A stretch of DNA of 31,496 nt, from positions 1 to 31,496 of IMG/VR virus record IMGVR_UViG_3300044676_003853. One strand, 5' to 3'. The notes beneath the pieces are model-generated. The model searched no databases. It worked only from the letters and a program-made list of their open reading frames with translations, and was not told the origin of the DNA. The position numbers were made by a program, and so were the translations under genes. The first letter of the stretch is position 1, and every line of letters begins with the position of its first letter. This stretch comes from a virus. Lineage: Duplodnaviria; Caudoviricetes. Positions 8,173-17,931 of this stretch are shown piece after piece.

Positions 8173-10385
8173 CGCAGTGGTTCCTTGCCCCACAAAACAC
8201 GCATATCTATTTCAAACGGCTCCCCATCAAAGCCCATCACTTTTACAAAAGAAATATTATTTGGGTCAGCGTGGACAAAAATATATCTATCATCCCCAAT
8301 GGCTTGAGGAAAAATATTATCGTTTTCTTTTATTTCATTTAACATACCGGCGTCTATATCGCGGCCAGAAGCTGTCTTAAATTTTTCCGGCGTTAAGTTG
8401 CTAATAAGGGTTTCCATGTCGGGTGCGCTAAGATACGGGGGCACTAAGACCTGGCGATCACGAACTGTTCTAACGCCGCCAAGCCCCGCATTGTCCATAT
8501 TTCCATCACCGCCTAGTGCTAAATTTATAGCAATTTGCATTTCTTTATCGCCGGCAGCTTTCTGTCTGACCATGCCGCTTCTGCTCATGTTCGATCTAAA
8601 GATAGCTATAGCAGCTTCGTATGTAGCGCCAGTCACAGCTGCGGATTGTTCATTTAACGAACTGCCAACAGTTTCGTGGAACAATAACTCAATGTCGGTT
8701 TTAGTAATATCTGCCGGCATTGGGCCGCCTTCTTTGCCTAGCGCGATACCTTCTAAAATTTGACGGGCTGTTTTTGTTTTGCCCATCAACATTAGGCCAC
8801 CAACATGAGCGAACACAGGGGCTTCTTTGCTTACTTGCTCTAGGACATCTGGGGAGTCTTGCCGGAAACCTTGAACAATAGCTCCTAGAGTCTCCATTTG
8901 GGTTTGCACATCACCGTTTTCTAAAGCATTTGTTACAACTTGCACTTCGCCTTCGCGTAACGGCCCAATGTTATAAGTAGGGTATGCGCTTTGCACCGTC
9001 TGGTAATCTTGCCGGCGTTTTTCTATCGAGCTAAATAATTCGTCTGGGCTGCCCCCAAACGCAATTGCTGACGGCTGAACCAGCCCAACATTCTGGGCGT
9101 GAGTCATCCCGTCTTTTTTAAGATTAGCTCTTGTGTTTGTAATAAAACTTTGGGCAGCGTCCCTGGCTTTGACCTCTAGCACTGTGTCAATGCCTGGACC
9201 GCCAGCGCCGCTTATGCCGCCCTGCAGCTGGTCTAAAGATCGTTGCGCTTCTTCTGGGGAAGATTGTCTATAAGCTGACAATATATTTTCAACAATTTTT
9301 AATTCTTGCAGCTCTGTTCTTGCCGAAAGATTTATAGGCTGACCAGTAGACGGATCTATAACACCGTCCAGAGATGTCAACTCAGTTTCTAATTTTACTA
9401 AAACAGCCCCATCAATTTGACCGCCGCCCTCTATTACTTTTGTTAAATCTGCAATTCTATCACTTGCCAGTTTGACCTGGCCCTTCATTACTTTAACGCC
9501 AGTGTTCATTTGTGTGCGTAAAGTAGATGCTATTTTTCTGGACGCATCCCTGCCAATAGCCTTTGGCGGCGATTTCTCTAGCTTTGAAATAAATTTTATT
9601 TGTTCTTGCACAGAGCCTAGTTCTGAAAAATCAAACCGGATGCCTTCCTCGATGGCTTTTCCCCTGGTTTCTAAAAATATTTTAGATACCTGTTCTTCGC
9701 TAAATTGAAGGTCCTGCATATAGAATTGAAGATTTTTTAACTCAGCATCTATAACCGCTAGTCGTATTTCATCGCTTGGAGAATTAGACGCCGCCAGCTG
9801 GTAAATGGTTTGTTGCCTGGTGTCGATGCCAACCAGGGCACGGCCCCTGGCGTCCTGCATTGCTTTCTTGTGATACCAATCTGCATAATTTTGTGTATAT
9901 ATACCGGCTTTTGCATTTAGTTTTGCTTGCAGCTCACCGGCCAGCAATGGGTTTAGATCCGACAATGAAGCCGGTATGCCATCTGTGACATCAGCCAGGT
10001 TAGCTTGAAAATCGTCTAATGACAGCTCTTGCTGTTCAGCGGCTGAAAGCACCTGGTTCATCTCTAAGATAGCCTGGGTTTCCAACTCAGCTGATGCAAT
10101 TCTGTTTGCTGTTTCTACAGCTGCGCGATCTTCAATAGTTCTCGGACCGCCAGCTTGCTGCATGGATGATAATACGGGCTGGGCACCCTCATCGGCCACA
10201 CGCTGCATACCGCGCTGTTTGGCCTCTCTTGACTCTTGCTCAAAAGAAAACTTGGCCATTCGGCTTACAGAGTCTGAAATAGTGCGATACATATTTCGCG
10301 TTTCTGCCAAAGCCGCATCTTCTAACGGCTTGACTTGCATCACCCGCTCTTCGCCGCCTTCGTATCTTAATATTCTAGGAGCCAT
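8169..10385 (-). CDS. Internal virion protein (738 aa, helical)
   Basis: Long helical Ala/Gln/Glu-rich ORF between the gp14-like gene and the large ejection protein; GGAG RBS. Function from synteny only. Confidence 0.6.
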   Translation of the reverse strand: MAPRILRYEGGEERVMQVKPLEDAALAETRNMYRTISDSVSRMAKFSFEQESREAKQRGMQRVADEGAQPVLSSMQQAGGPRTIEDRAAVETANRIASAELETQAILEMNQVLSAAEQQELSLDDFQANLADVTDGIPASLSDLNPLLAGELQAKLNAKAGIYTQNYADWYHKKAMQDARGRALVGIDTRQQTIYQLAASNSPSDEIRLAVIDAELKNLQFYMQDLQFSEEQVSKIFLETRGKAIEEGIRFDFSELGSVQEQIKFISKLEKSPPKAIGRDASRKIASTLRTQMNTGVKVMKGQVKLASDRIADLTKVIEGGGQIDGAVLVKLETELTSLDGVIDPSTGQPINLSARTELQELKIVENILSAYRQSSPEEAQRSLDQLQGGISGAGGPGIDTVLEVKARDAAQSFITNTRANLKKDGMTHAQNVGLVQPSAIAFGGSPDELFSSIEKRRQDYQTVQSAYPTYNIGPLREGEVQVVTNALENGDVQTQMETLGAIVQGFRQDSPDVLEQVSKEAPVFAHVGGLMLMGKTKTARQILEGIALGKEGGPMPADITKTDIELLFHETVGSSLNEQSAAVTGATYEAAIAIFRSNMSRSGMVRQKAAGDKEMQIAINLALGGDGNMDNAGLGGVRTVRDRQVLVPPYLSAPDMETLISNLTPEKFKTASGRDIDAGMLNEIKENDNIFPQAIGDDRYIFVHADPNNISFVKVMGFDGEPFEIDMRVLWGKEPLR

Positions 10386-10386
10386 T

Positions 10387-10887
10387 TTAATCTCCTCCGT
10401 ACATACCGCTTGGCGCCGTATATGGAGTATTTGGTACAGTTACACTTTTACTGCCGAACTCAGGATACCCAAGCTGAGATTGTTGTGCATGGCCAGACGC
10501 CAAAGAACCCATCGCCTCTATGTATGAGTTAGCAACAGCGACCTCTCCAGCATATATGTAATCCTGGGCCTGTCCTTCGGCCCTGCCTAATTGAATATCA
10601 ATATTGTCTTTGACCGTGCTGTAATCACGGACGCCGTATTTTAATGACCCTGTTTGAACAGCTGTTATGTTTGTTGCGCCACCACCAACCTGGGAACGCG
10701 CTAGGCTTGTTGACATAATGCTATTAACTTTAGAAAGGATTTGTGCGCCTTTCATTTGCAAGTTTATTGCGGTAATTCTACCAGACAGCCGCGCATCAGC
10801 CGCCTTTCGGTTGTACATCGCTTGCTTAGTCTGACCCCCAAGTATGGCGCCAAATGCACCTACGACTCCAGCTACTAACTGTGACAT
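10387..10887 (-). CDS. Internal virion protein (T7 gp14-like)
   Basis: 166 aa with Gly/Ala-rich hydrophobic N-terminus, directly after tail tubular protein B. Confidence 0.6.
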   Translation of the reverse strand: MSQLVAGVVGAFGAILGGQTKQAMYNRKAADARLSGRITAINLQMKGAQILSKVNSIMSTSLARSQVGGGATNITAVQTGSLKYGVRDYSTVKDNIDIQLGRAEGQAQDYIYAGEVAVANSYIEAMGSLASGHAQQSQLGYPEFGSKSVTVPNTPYTAPSGMYGGD

Positions 10888-10888
10888 A

Positions 10889-13423
10889 TTAATTCCCCAC
10901 GCTCATCTTGTACTCAAGGCCAAGCAAAGTCATTTTAAGCGGCTCTGTTTGAGTAATAGTAATTTGTCCGGTTCCAGAAAACCCTAGAAGGCCATGCACG
11001 GTTTTTGTTCCAGTAAACTCTGCAACAGGGTTCCCCAGCACACTTACTCCAAAATTTCTAAACGGCACCAGCTTGCTGTTGATACTGAGGTTTTGCGTAT
11101 TCGCAACAACAGCGTCAACCTGGACAATACGTTTTTTAACGCCTTGTATGGTGCCCTGGGGCAGCTTTGGCTCTGCCGGCATAGTCACCATAGTAACATT
11201 ATAGTTCAGTCCCACCTGGCAAGATGACGAGGCGGCGGTGCCAAACGCAACAGTAAAGGGAGATATAGGAACGACTTGGCTAGGCTCAACAATGCCATCC
11301 CGTATTACCTCAACAGATTTTCCTGCTAGGTGGTCCATATTTACACTAGAAACAGCGCCGCCAATTACAGCACTGTCCAGCGTCAAATCCTCATCAAATT
11401 TTTCTAAATAATAATTTGTGTCATCCGGCGCGGTAAAATCTGTTTTAGTTAGCCTTACGTTGTCAGAAGATGTAACCGTGAGATTATTGTCACCAGAAAC
11501 CGTCCTAGTGACTGTCACAACAGCTGCAGCTGGGTTAGGCGCATCAAATGCACTCACAGAGTTTATTGCAGTTGCTAAGTTATCAGCAACCTGGTCATTT
11601 GTTAGCACCCCACCAACTTGAAACTGAAAATTAGTAGATGGCGTTCCGGTAACGGCGGTAAATGTTGTTGATACTCCGGCATTGTCCGTTAGCACAATTG
11701 TTTCGTTATCAACAATATTAGCTGCGTCACTTACAGTAATTGTGCACGTTGCATAGGGAAGAACGGTTCTTTTTACAATTGTGTATGTCTCCGCAATTTC
11801 ATTTGCTATTGCTATAAAGTCTCCGTCAGTTGTGAACTTACTTGGGGCCACAACATTTTGTTCTTGGAGAACAGAATAGACTGTCATCGAGCCATCATCG
11901 CCATTCACCAAAAAGAGGCGGTCAGTTTCGTCAGTTGATGTGGCTCTACGGATAGACATATCCACAGGCCCTTTTAACAAATGGCTACTAAATACAGACA
12001 AATTACTGGCCGAATAACTAGATGTTGTGTCCGAGAACTGAAAAGACATCAAAGACTTTCCCTGGCGCTGCACAAATATTGTGGACCCCTTTAAGTCCTC
12101 GATGGGCACCCCTGGGCGGCTGCCGATCCGGCTTTGTGGCTTCACCAAAAAATTAGTAGGCGTCACCGGCTCGTTGCCTAGCTGTGATACAACAAATTCA
12201 CCAGCTGTTGTAAATATCTGCAAATCAGGACCAGGGTTTAAAGTAGTTATAACATTGAGCTGGTTTGTGTTTATGGTAGCTTCAACACTTTCATCATCCA
12301 GGCCGGTGCCAACGTCAAAGTTAAAATAGTCAATAACTTTGCTGCCCCATACTGTGTTTGGCCTAGATGAACTACCGCCAAAATATAGCCGGCCTTCATG
12401 GAAAGCGGCTGAACGTGGCCATCCTCGTACCGCACTCCAAACATCTTCGTAACCATGTTCTGACTCCCAATCGCCGGCAGTAATCGCGCCTGTGTCAAAA
12501 AACGGAACTTCGACATATGCCTTCATTTGTGTATCACTGACATATTCAACATACCTGGCACGGCCAAAGCCATTAACCACGTTAAGGTATTCATCTACCG
12601 CCGCTGGTTTAAACGCTTTGATTTCGTATTGGCTAGTAGCATCTGGAGCCGTATTCCAATCTGGGTAGACAGTTAGGACTTTAGTAGATGCAACATAATC
12701 CTCAACGTGTCTGGTTTGCCCAGATCCAGTGCCAGCCGTTATTTCTATAAACATCCCATTTGGCTGGTCATCGCTTGTAAAACTGGTTGCAGACTTCAAT
12801 GTAATTGTATCAATGCCACCCGCTTGCGCTGTGCCGTTGTCAGTTGTGACGCTGGACGCTGTAATCGTAATATTACCCTCGATACCGCTGGGTGTAATTG
12901 TAAATGTCGGTTCATGTGTATCTAAAACGTATGCGTGTTTAGGGATAAAAGTCAGAGGCAGCACCCCAACAGTCCAATCTGTATCAGAGTTACGCAGCAA
13001 TCTTTGCGGTTCCAAATCCTCGTGTACCAGGATCAAGGTATCAACAGCCTGGATATAATTAAGCTGGTCAATAATCCCAGCGGTGATAGCTGATGCAGTT
13101 ATATAATCATTTCCGCTGCCATTGATGTTAGTTTGCAAAACACCATTTTTAAAAACGTAGATACGGCCAGTAACAACGACCAGCAAATAACTGTCATTTA
13201 CACTGTATTCAAATGGAATCAGCTTAAAGCTGGTAAATGAACTGCCAAAGTTATAAATAAACTCAAGACCAGCTCTACGCTTGGCCCCGCCTTGCGGCTG
13301 AATAGTTACATTCTCTGCAGACTCAAGAGCGTTCTGATACTGCTGCAAGTCCGTTCTTGCGCGGAGTAAAGGGTCCAGCTCACCAACACTGAAATTAGTT
13401 TGAAACTGAACAATACGAGCCAT
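10889..13423 (-). CDS. Tail tubular protein B (nozzle, T7 gp12-like)
   Basis: QTNFSVGELDP.L.AR.DL..Y, GGAKRRAG, GWPRSAAFHEGRLYFGG, LQIFTTAGEF motifs; 844 aa; follows tubular protein A. Confidence 0.9.
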   Translation of the reverse strand: MARIVQFQTNFSVGELDPLLRARTDLQQYQNALESAENVTIQPQGGAKRRAGLEFIYNFGSSFTSFKLIPFEYSVNDSYLLVVVTGRIYVFKNGVLQTNINGSGNDYITASAITAGIIDQLNYIQAVDTLILVHEDLEPQRLLRNSDTDWTVGVLPLTFIPKHAYVLDTHEPTFTITPSGIEGNITITASSVTTDNGTAQAGGIDTITLKSATSFTSDDQPNGMFIEITAGTGSGQTRHVEDYVASTKVLTVYPDWNTAPDATSQYEIKAFKPAAVDEYLNVVNGFGRARYVEYVSDTQMKAYVEVPFFDTGAITAGDWESEHGYEDVWSAVRGWPRSAAFHEGRLYFGGSSSRPNTVWGSKVIDYFNFDVGTGLDDESVEATINTNQLNVITTLNPGPDLQIFTTAGEFVVSQLGNEPVTPTNFLVKPQSRIGSRPGVPIEDLKGSTIFVQRQGKSLMSFQFSDTTSSYSASNLSVFSSHLLKGPVDMSIRRATSTDETDRLFLVNGDDGSMTVYSVLQEQNVVAPSKFTTDGDFIAIANEIAETYTIVKRTVLPYATCTITVSDAANIVDNETIVLTDNAGVSTTFTAVTGTPSTNFQFQVGGVLTNDQVADNLATAINSVSAFDAPNPAAAVVTVTRTVSGDNNLTVTSSDNVRLTKTDFTAPDDTNYYLEKFDEDLTLDSAVIGGAVSSVNMDHLAGKSVEVIRDGIVEPSQVVPISPFTVAFGTAASSSCQVGLNYNVTMVTMPAEPKLPQGTIQGVKKRIVQVDAVVANTQNLSINSKLVPFRNFGVSVLGNPVAEFTGTKTVHGLLGFSGTGQITITQTEPLKMTLLGLEYKMSVGN

Positions 13424-14037
13424 TATCTCACCTGGATCAAAGCATAATCTTCAATAATCTGCGGCAGCCGGCCACGGCTGTCGATGTTCACGGCCTCTCT
13501 AAACAGACCACCACGGCCATTCTCGCCAGGGCTGCCATAAGCAATTCCCCTAAAATAATCAGCCTTTGAAGCCTGGTCAGTAATTACGATCCCAAGCTCT
13601 CCTGCTAAAGCATTTCTAAGAAGATGCACAAAATAAACTGGCATCCTAGATTCGCTAATAGTTTCCTGATAATCTATAAAAACAGTTTCCAAGTCAGTAT
13701 AGAGCTGATCGCCGTAGATTTCCCACCCGTCATTTATGGCATTTTGGTTAGATGCTGAGGTTTCAAAAACGGCCTGGACACCAGAGAGAATGTTTCCTGG
13801 CAGTTGGTAGGCGTATTTAAATTCATTGATTGGCGCTGTAGCCAGTCTGCCAAGGGATGTTTTCTTGTAAGTCCAGCTCCAAGGATACCTGGAAAGCAGC
13901 GAGTCTCTGAGGTCTGGGTAAAGCCGGTCACAAGCCTGTGCAGCGTCCGTGCCCTCAGTAAAAGAAGAAATCGGGGCTGCCCCTAGCATGATAAGGGCAT
14001 CAGAGCAAATGGATAGGTCGGTATCGCCAGCAGCCAT
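13423..14037 (-). CDS. Tail tubular protein A (adaptor, T7 gp11-like)
   Basis: ICSDALIMLGAAPISSF...LLSRYPWSW...YAYQLP pattern; GGAGG RBS; position after the capsid genes. Confidence 0.88.
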   Translation of the reverse strand: MAAGDTDLSICSDALIMLGAAPISSFTEGTDAAQACDRLYPDLRDSLLSRYPWSWTYKKTSLGRLATAPINEFKYAYQLPGNILSGVQAVFETSASNQNAINDGWEIYGDQLYTDLETVFIDYQETISESRMPVYFVHLLRNALAGELGIVITDQASKADYFRGIAYGSPGENGRGGLFREAVNIDSRGRLPQIIEDYALIQVR

Positions 14038-14050
14038 TTCGTCCTCCGCT

Positions 14051-14082
14051 AAAAGGTGGAGAGGCCGTTGCCGGCCCCCCCC
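14051..14082 (-). terminator. Rho-independent terminator after capsid/decoration genes
   Basis: Minus strand GGGGGGGCCG-GCAA-CGGCCTCTCC-ACC-TTTT. The stem closes with G-U pairs only on the minus strand and has a GNRA loop. Analogous in position to T7 T-phi. Confidence 0.75.
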
Positions 14083-14088
14083 AATAGT

Positions 14089-14328
14089 TTAGATGGCTGT
14101 GGTTGTAATAACCCCAGCTGTGTTAGTCGCTACCAGCAATTGACCACCATCGCTGGCGTAATTCATAATGAAATCGCCTGTGGTAATCAAAGCCTCAACG
14201 CTATTGAAATAGCCTGATCCAGCTACCGCTGTTTTGTTGTCAGCCGCTGATGAGTAGGCATAGACGCTAGGAGCGTTGCCAGATTTTGAGGCTGCTACTG
14301 TTGCCAAATTAGCTTGTGCAAAAGCCAT
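14089..14328 (-). CDS. Small capsid-associated (decoration-like) protein
   Basis: 79 aa directly after the major capsid gene with a strong AGGAG RBS; Y.S..D....V..SGYFN......L..GD.I pattern. Confidence 0.65.
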   Translation of the reverse strand: MAFAQANLATVAASKSGNAPSVYAYSSAADNKTAVAGSGYFNSVEALITTGDFIMNYASDGGQLLVATNTAGVITTTAI

Positions 14329-14341
14329 TTTTTAATCTCCT

Positions 14342-15175
14342 CTATTCAGTACAGCTAATTTTGACGATGCCTTCATCGTCAATAGCGACAGCGCCAGCTG
14401 AGAACATTGAAGAAACTAGGAAGCTAGTTTTTTCTGGGACATAGTTCACTTCTGTCTTTTGTGCCATTGACTCAGCATAGCCGAGAGAGTCTTTGTGCCA
14501 GGCAAAACAAGTGCGTGTTGATGGCTTTGGAACGCCGCCTTCATCACGATCACCCATCGTAAGTACCTGAAATCCCATGAAACTTGAAATTTCACCACGG
14601 ACTAGAGCTTTCACACTCGCAAAATCTGCTGATGTAATTTCAGTTTCGCCAAGCAGAGCATCGAGCTGAGAAGCGTGCATAAGAAGATAACGGCCCTCGG
14701 AAGGTACGTTTTTCTCATTCATTGCTTTCGCAGTAGCGCGGAGCTTCTCGATGTTCATGTTGGATGCTGCGCCACCGATTGATGTAGCAACAGTGGATGG
14801 AGAGGCAGCTGCATTGAGTGCATCAATACAGATCTGATCCATACGCCGAGCAATCGCTTTTGAAACTACCTCGACAAGTTCACGCCGCTCATCAAAGTTA
14901 ATGTGAGTCTGGTGAAAGATGTCAGAATATTCTGCAGCGATAAAATCTGACATATTCGCGGTCACTTGCGAGTAGGTCACATTTAACGGGGTTACATCGG
15001 TCTGATTAATGCGAGGGGTTGCCACGCCTTTACCAATTTTTGGAAACTTTACAGTGTTTCCCTGGACGCCGGTGCGAGTACGCATTGTTCCGCGTAGGAT
15101 CGACTCGGACTGATACGCTTGTTTCACTTCACTTTCAAAGAGTGTTACAAACGCTGTGGTTACATTCTGCGCCAT
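14342..15175 (-). CDS. Major capsid protein
   Basis: FVTLFESEVKQAYQ, VKFPKIGK, AIARRMDQI, ALVRGEISSFMGF, GAVAIDDEGIV motifs of podophage capsid proteins; AGGAGG RBS. Confidence 0.92.
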   Translation of the reverse strand: MAQNVTTAFVTLFESEVKQAYQSESILRGTMRTRTGVQGNTVKFPKIGKGVATPRINQTDVTPLNVTYSQVTANMSDFIAAEYSDIFHQTHINFDERRELVEVVSKAIARRMDQICIDALNAAASPSTVATSIGGAASNMNIEKLRATAKAMNEKNVPSEGRYLLMHASQLDALLGETEITSADFASVKALVRGEISSFMGFQVLTMGDRDEGGVPKPSTRTCFAWHKDSLGYAESMAQKTEVNYVPEKTSFLVSSMFSAGAVAIDDEGIVKISCTE

Positions 15176-15190
15176 AGCAGAATCCTCCTA

Positions 15191-15303
15191 TTAAGGTTTC
15201 GACTAAAACACAATCCGTTATCCTTACGGGCGGGTTGCTTGCGCTTTGTGGATGCGCCGACCAACGGGTTCACCGTATAGAAGGGCCGCAAGGTTATCCT
15301 TCA
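15191..15303 (-). ncRNA. Candidate structured 5' leader RNA of the capsid gene
   Basis: Two hairpins sharing the internal loop GGAUAAC/GCCC, plus a closing stem (GGUCGGC...GUCGAAACC) ending just before the Shine-Dalgarno. Folded by eye. Confidence 0.5.
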
Positions 15304-15310
15304 AATACTA

Positions 15311-15339
15311 TATTTACACACAATTGGCCGGTTATGCAA
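15311..15339 (-). promoter_or_regulatory. Putative sigma70 promoter for the capsid gene
   Basis: TTGCAT-17 bp-TAAATA with TGTG just upstream of the -10, immediately after the scaffold stop codon. Confidence 0.45.
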
Positions 15340-15345
15340 CTACAT

Positions 15346-16134
15346 CTAGCTGTTTGCTTCCATCCATTGCTTTTCTATCTTGCCTCGGAAAGAGGCATCG
15401 GTTGTCCAACGGGGGTCTGCAATGGCAGATTCCAGGTCCTCTTTTGTCATTGAAGGCGAATTGATTGCTGGCGTAATAGGGATACCCTCGTTAGTCAAAG
15501 CCTGGTGATACTTGATAAAGGCATTGATGCTATCCGCACTGTCCAGGCTGACCGCCAGGTTTTGCTGCTCCTCGTTGGTCAAAGGCGCTTTTGCAATCAA
15601 CCGCTCAACCATAGCAATCTTTTCGGCTGCCCGATCTCCGAGCTTTGCCATTTCTTGCTGGCGATCTATCTCAACCGCTTCAGCTTCTTGTTTAGTGACT
15701 GAAAGGATTTTTTGACCCAATTCCTCAAACGCTGCCTGGCTGACACCATTTTCTTTTGCCCACTCAGAAAAAATTTGGAAACCTGGTTCTTCAGCATCGA
15801 GGCCCTGTTCAGCCAGTGAGGCATATTCATAATCCCCGTCAGGCGCCTTGTGCTTTCCCTGGCTAAATTTTGTACGCAGCTCATTGTAGCTTTTGGCAAG
15901 TTCTTCAACATTAGGGCCATCCTCATCCCAAAATTGTTCTGGATAATAATCTGGACGCTCCAGTGGCTCGTCATCAGTAGTAAACTCTGCCTGGGGCTGT
16001 TGCGCCCCAGAGTTGTCATAAAGCGGCATAGGGGCCTCTGTAGTAGCCTCTGGGGCTTCCACAGTATTACCAGGGTTAATTAGTGGGGCATCGGCGTCTG
16101 TGGCCTGTGCTGCGGTTTGTGCTTCATTATCCAT
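15346..16134 (-). CDS. Capsid scaffolding protein
   Basis: Acidic 262 aa between portal and capsid; ERPDYYPEQFWD...LAKSYNELRTKF and DPRW..D..FR C-terminal motifs. Confidence 0.85.
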   Translation of the reverse strand: MDNEAQTAAQATDADAPLINPGNTVEAPEATTEAPMPLYDNSGAQQPQAEFTTDDEPLERPDYYPEQFWDEDGPNVEELAKSYNELRTKFSQGKHKAPDGDYEYASLAEQGLDAEEPGFQIFSEWAKENGVSQAAFEELGQKILSVTKQEAEAVEIDRQQEMAKLGDRAAEKIAMVERLIAKAPLTNEEQQNLAVSLDSADSINAFIKYHQALTNEGIPITPAINSPSMTKEDLESAIADPRWTTDASFRGKIEKQWMEANS

Positions 16135-16381
16135 TGTTCGACCTTCCTACTCTTTTTTCAATCATACGGACGATTTCTGCCATCCCTGTCCGTACATAAC
16201 CAAAGCTGGCGTCCTCACCTGGGACCCAAGATGGCTGCTCAATTGTCGTTTGCCTTAGATGGCTCAAGACCTTTTGACCTTCTGATGTTTTGAAAACTTT
16301 ACCATACAGAAGGTCTAAGTCGTCTGCCTCTGGTTTTGCCATCTCGGCAGGGACTAGGCCGTCCCATCCTTCCTCATTCAT
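16127..16381 (-). CDS. Bbp19-like conserved phage protein
   Basis: YGKVFKTSEGQKVLSHL...G...IV..I pattern; conserved position between portal and scaffold. Confidence 0.65.
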   Translation of the reverse strand: MNEEGWDGLVPAEMAKPEADDLDLLYGKVFKTSEGQKVLSHLRQTTIEQPSWVPGEDASFGYVRTGMAEIVRMIEKRVGRSNNG

Positions 16382-17931
16382 ACCATTGATTCCTCAAGGG
16401 CCCCTTCTGCTTGCTGCGCTTCTGGCGGGGCCATCATTTGTTGTAATTGCTGCATCATCATTTGCTGCTCTTGCGGAGTTGCCAACAGCTCCTGGCTAAT
16501 GCCTAAACGCTCTGCAATAAATTTCAGAACTCGATCTACGGCAACAGTGGTCTGCCCTTGGGGGCCCATGCTGTTGGCGATTTGCATATACTGCATAACA
16601 TCATTGATCTCTTGCAGTTTTTGTGCCTGGGCCAATGGAGACACTGGCGTAACCTTTACCTCGATGCCATTAACACGCAATGGCAAGTCAATCATGCCTT
16701 GCTGGTCCAGGACATACAAAGTGCGGCTAACAATTGGCACCAGGATTTCTGTAATCATTCTGCCGAAAGCACTGCCCAAGTTTGTAGCCAGCTCACGGGT
16801 CCTTTCTGAGATTTCCGTTGCTGACCTGGCACTCATGTTATCCGGCGGCAATGTATCGTCCATCATAATCTTTTTGATGTTCATGCGGAGATCGTTAATA
16901 ACAATTTGGCTGACGTTAAAGTCCCCAGCTTTCGGCAGCGGAGTCAATGATGGGCCTTGTGCGCCGCCATTCCTGGCAACAGATATGATGCTGCCTGGCT
17001 GGATCTTGACGTTCTGTGGGTTTAAGACGCCATCATCTGCAGCTGTATAAACACCAGCAATTGCCAGGCTGGCGTTCTTTAAAAGCAGCTCCAGGGTTTT
17101 GTTTAGCGTTTTAATGTCACTGATCGCTGTAACCAACGGGCCTCGTCCATATACCTCGCCGGCGACCTTAGTGTACCTGGCAACAACAAATGGCGATGAC
17201 CGCATCTCACGATAGACAAGCTCTTGCTTCTTTGCCGGCCAAATAACATGGTAATGATACCGGCCAGTCTCCTGGTCAAGAATAACAGCATCCACTAACT
17301 CCAGCTCTTTTTCTGGGGATCGGGTCATTGCATCGTCTAACTCAACTGACATTTTAACGTCAGGGAACTCTGTTTGCAGAGACTCTGCCTTTATACGCAG
17401 CTTACGATAGACGTTATCAACATTACCATAAGAGCCTTCTTCGATGGCAACCAGGTACTGTGGGATAGAATTAAAACGGATCGGTGTTGTTTCATCGCCT
17501 GGTGTAATCATCATCACAGCTGTACCAACAGCCAAATCCATAAGAAACTCGCCCATTGCCAGGTCAAAATTGGTCTGGCGCAATGTTTCAAACATCCGAA
17601 CATTGTATCTGTCCAGGGCTTCTTGAGCTGCGTCCTGGTCCTGCTCTGGGATTGCACTACCTGGCTCCAGACGGCACCATTGTTTATAGGGAGGAAAAAG
17701 CCCCGCCTGGAGTCTATTGGCAAACCGCTGCGTTGAGTGGATTGCTGTTGAGTCAAACACACGGGCCATCTTGCCTTTGCCGGCGACCTTGCCCTCGTAA
17801 TACCCGCTATAAAGATTGCGCTGCGGCAATGCAAATTCGTAACAATCTTCGTAAATAGACCGCCACTCATCTTTCCTGGCTTGCGCCTTGGCCTCACGTT
17901 CAATCACTTCTTTTACATTAAGCCTTGGCAT
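16378..17931 (-). CDS. Portal (head-to-tail connector) protein
   Basis: VFDSTAI, DLAVGTA, PFVVARY...GEVYGRGP, SATEI.ER, SPLAQAQ motifs; 517 aa. Confidence 0.95.
   Translation of the reverse strand: MPRLNVKEVIEREAKAQARKDEWRSIYEDCYEFALPQRNLYSGYYEGKVAGKGKMARVFDSTAIHSTQRFANRLQAGLFPPYKQWCRLEPGSAIPEQDQDAAQEALDRYNVRMFETLRQTNFDLAMGEFLMDLAVGTAVMMITPGDETTPIRFNSIPQYLVAIEEGSYGNVDNVYRKLRIKAESLQTEFPDVKMSVELDDAMTRSPEKELELVDAVILDQETGRYHYHVIWPAKKQELVYREMRSSPFVVARYTKVAGEVYGRGPLVTAISDIKTLNKTLELLLKNASLAIAGVYTAADDGVLNPQNVKIQPGSIISVARNGGAQGPSLTPLPKAGDFNVSQIVINDLRMNIKKIMMDDTLPPDNMSARSATEISERTRELATNLGSAFGRMITEILVPIVSRTLYVLDQQGMIDLPLRVNGIEVKVTPVSPLAQAQKLQEINDVMQYMQIANSMGPQGQTTVAVDRVLKFIAERLGISQELLATPQEQQMMMQQLQQMMAPPEAQQAEGALEESMV

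Noticed and set aside
14329-14345. T7 10A/10B-like capsid frameshift or readthrough
   Set aside because: No slippery site near the capsid stop, and the next gene has its own strong RBS.
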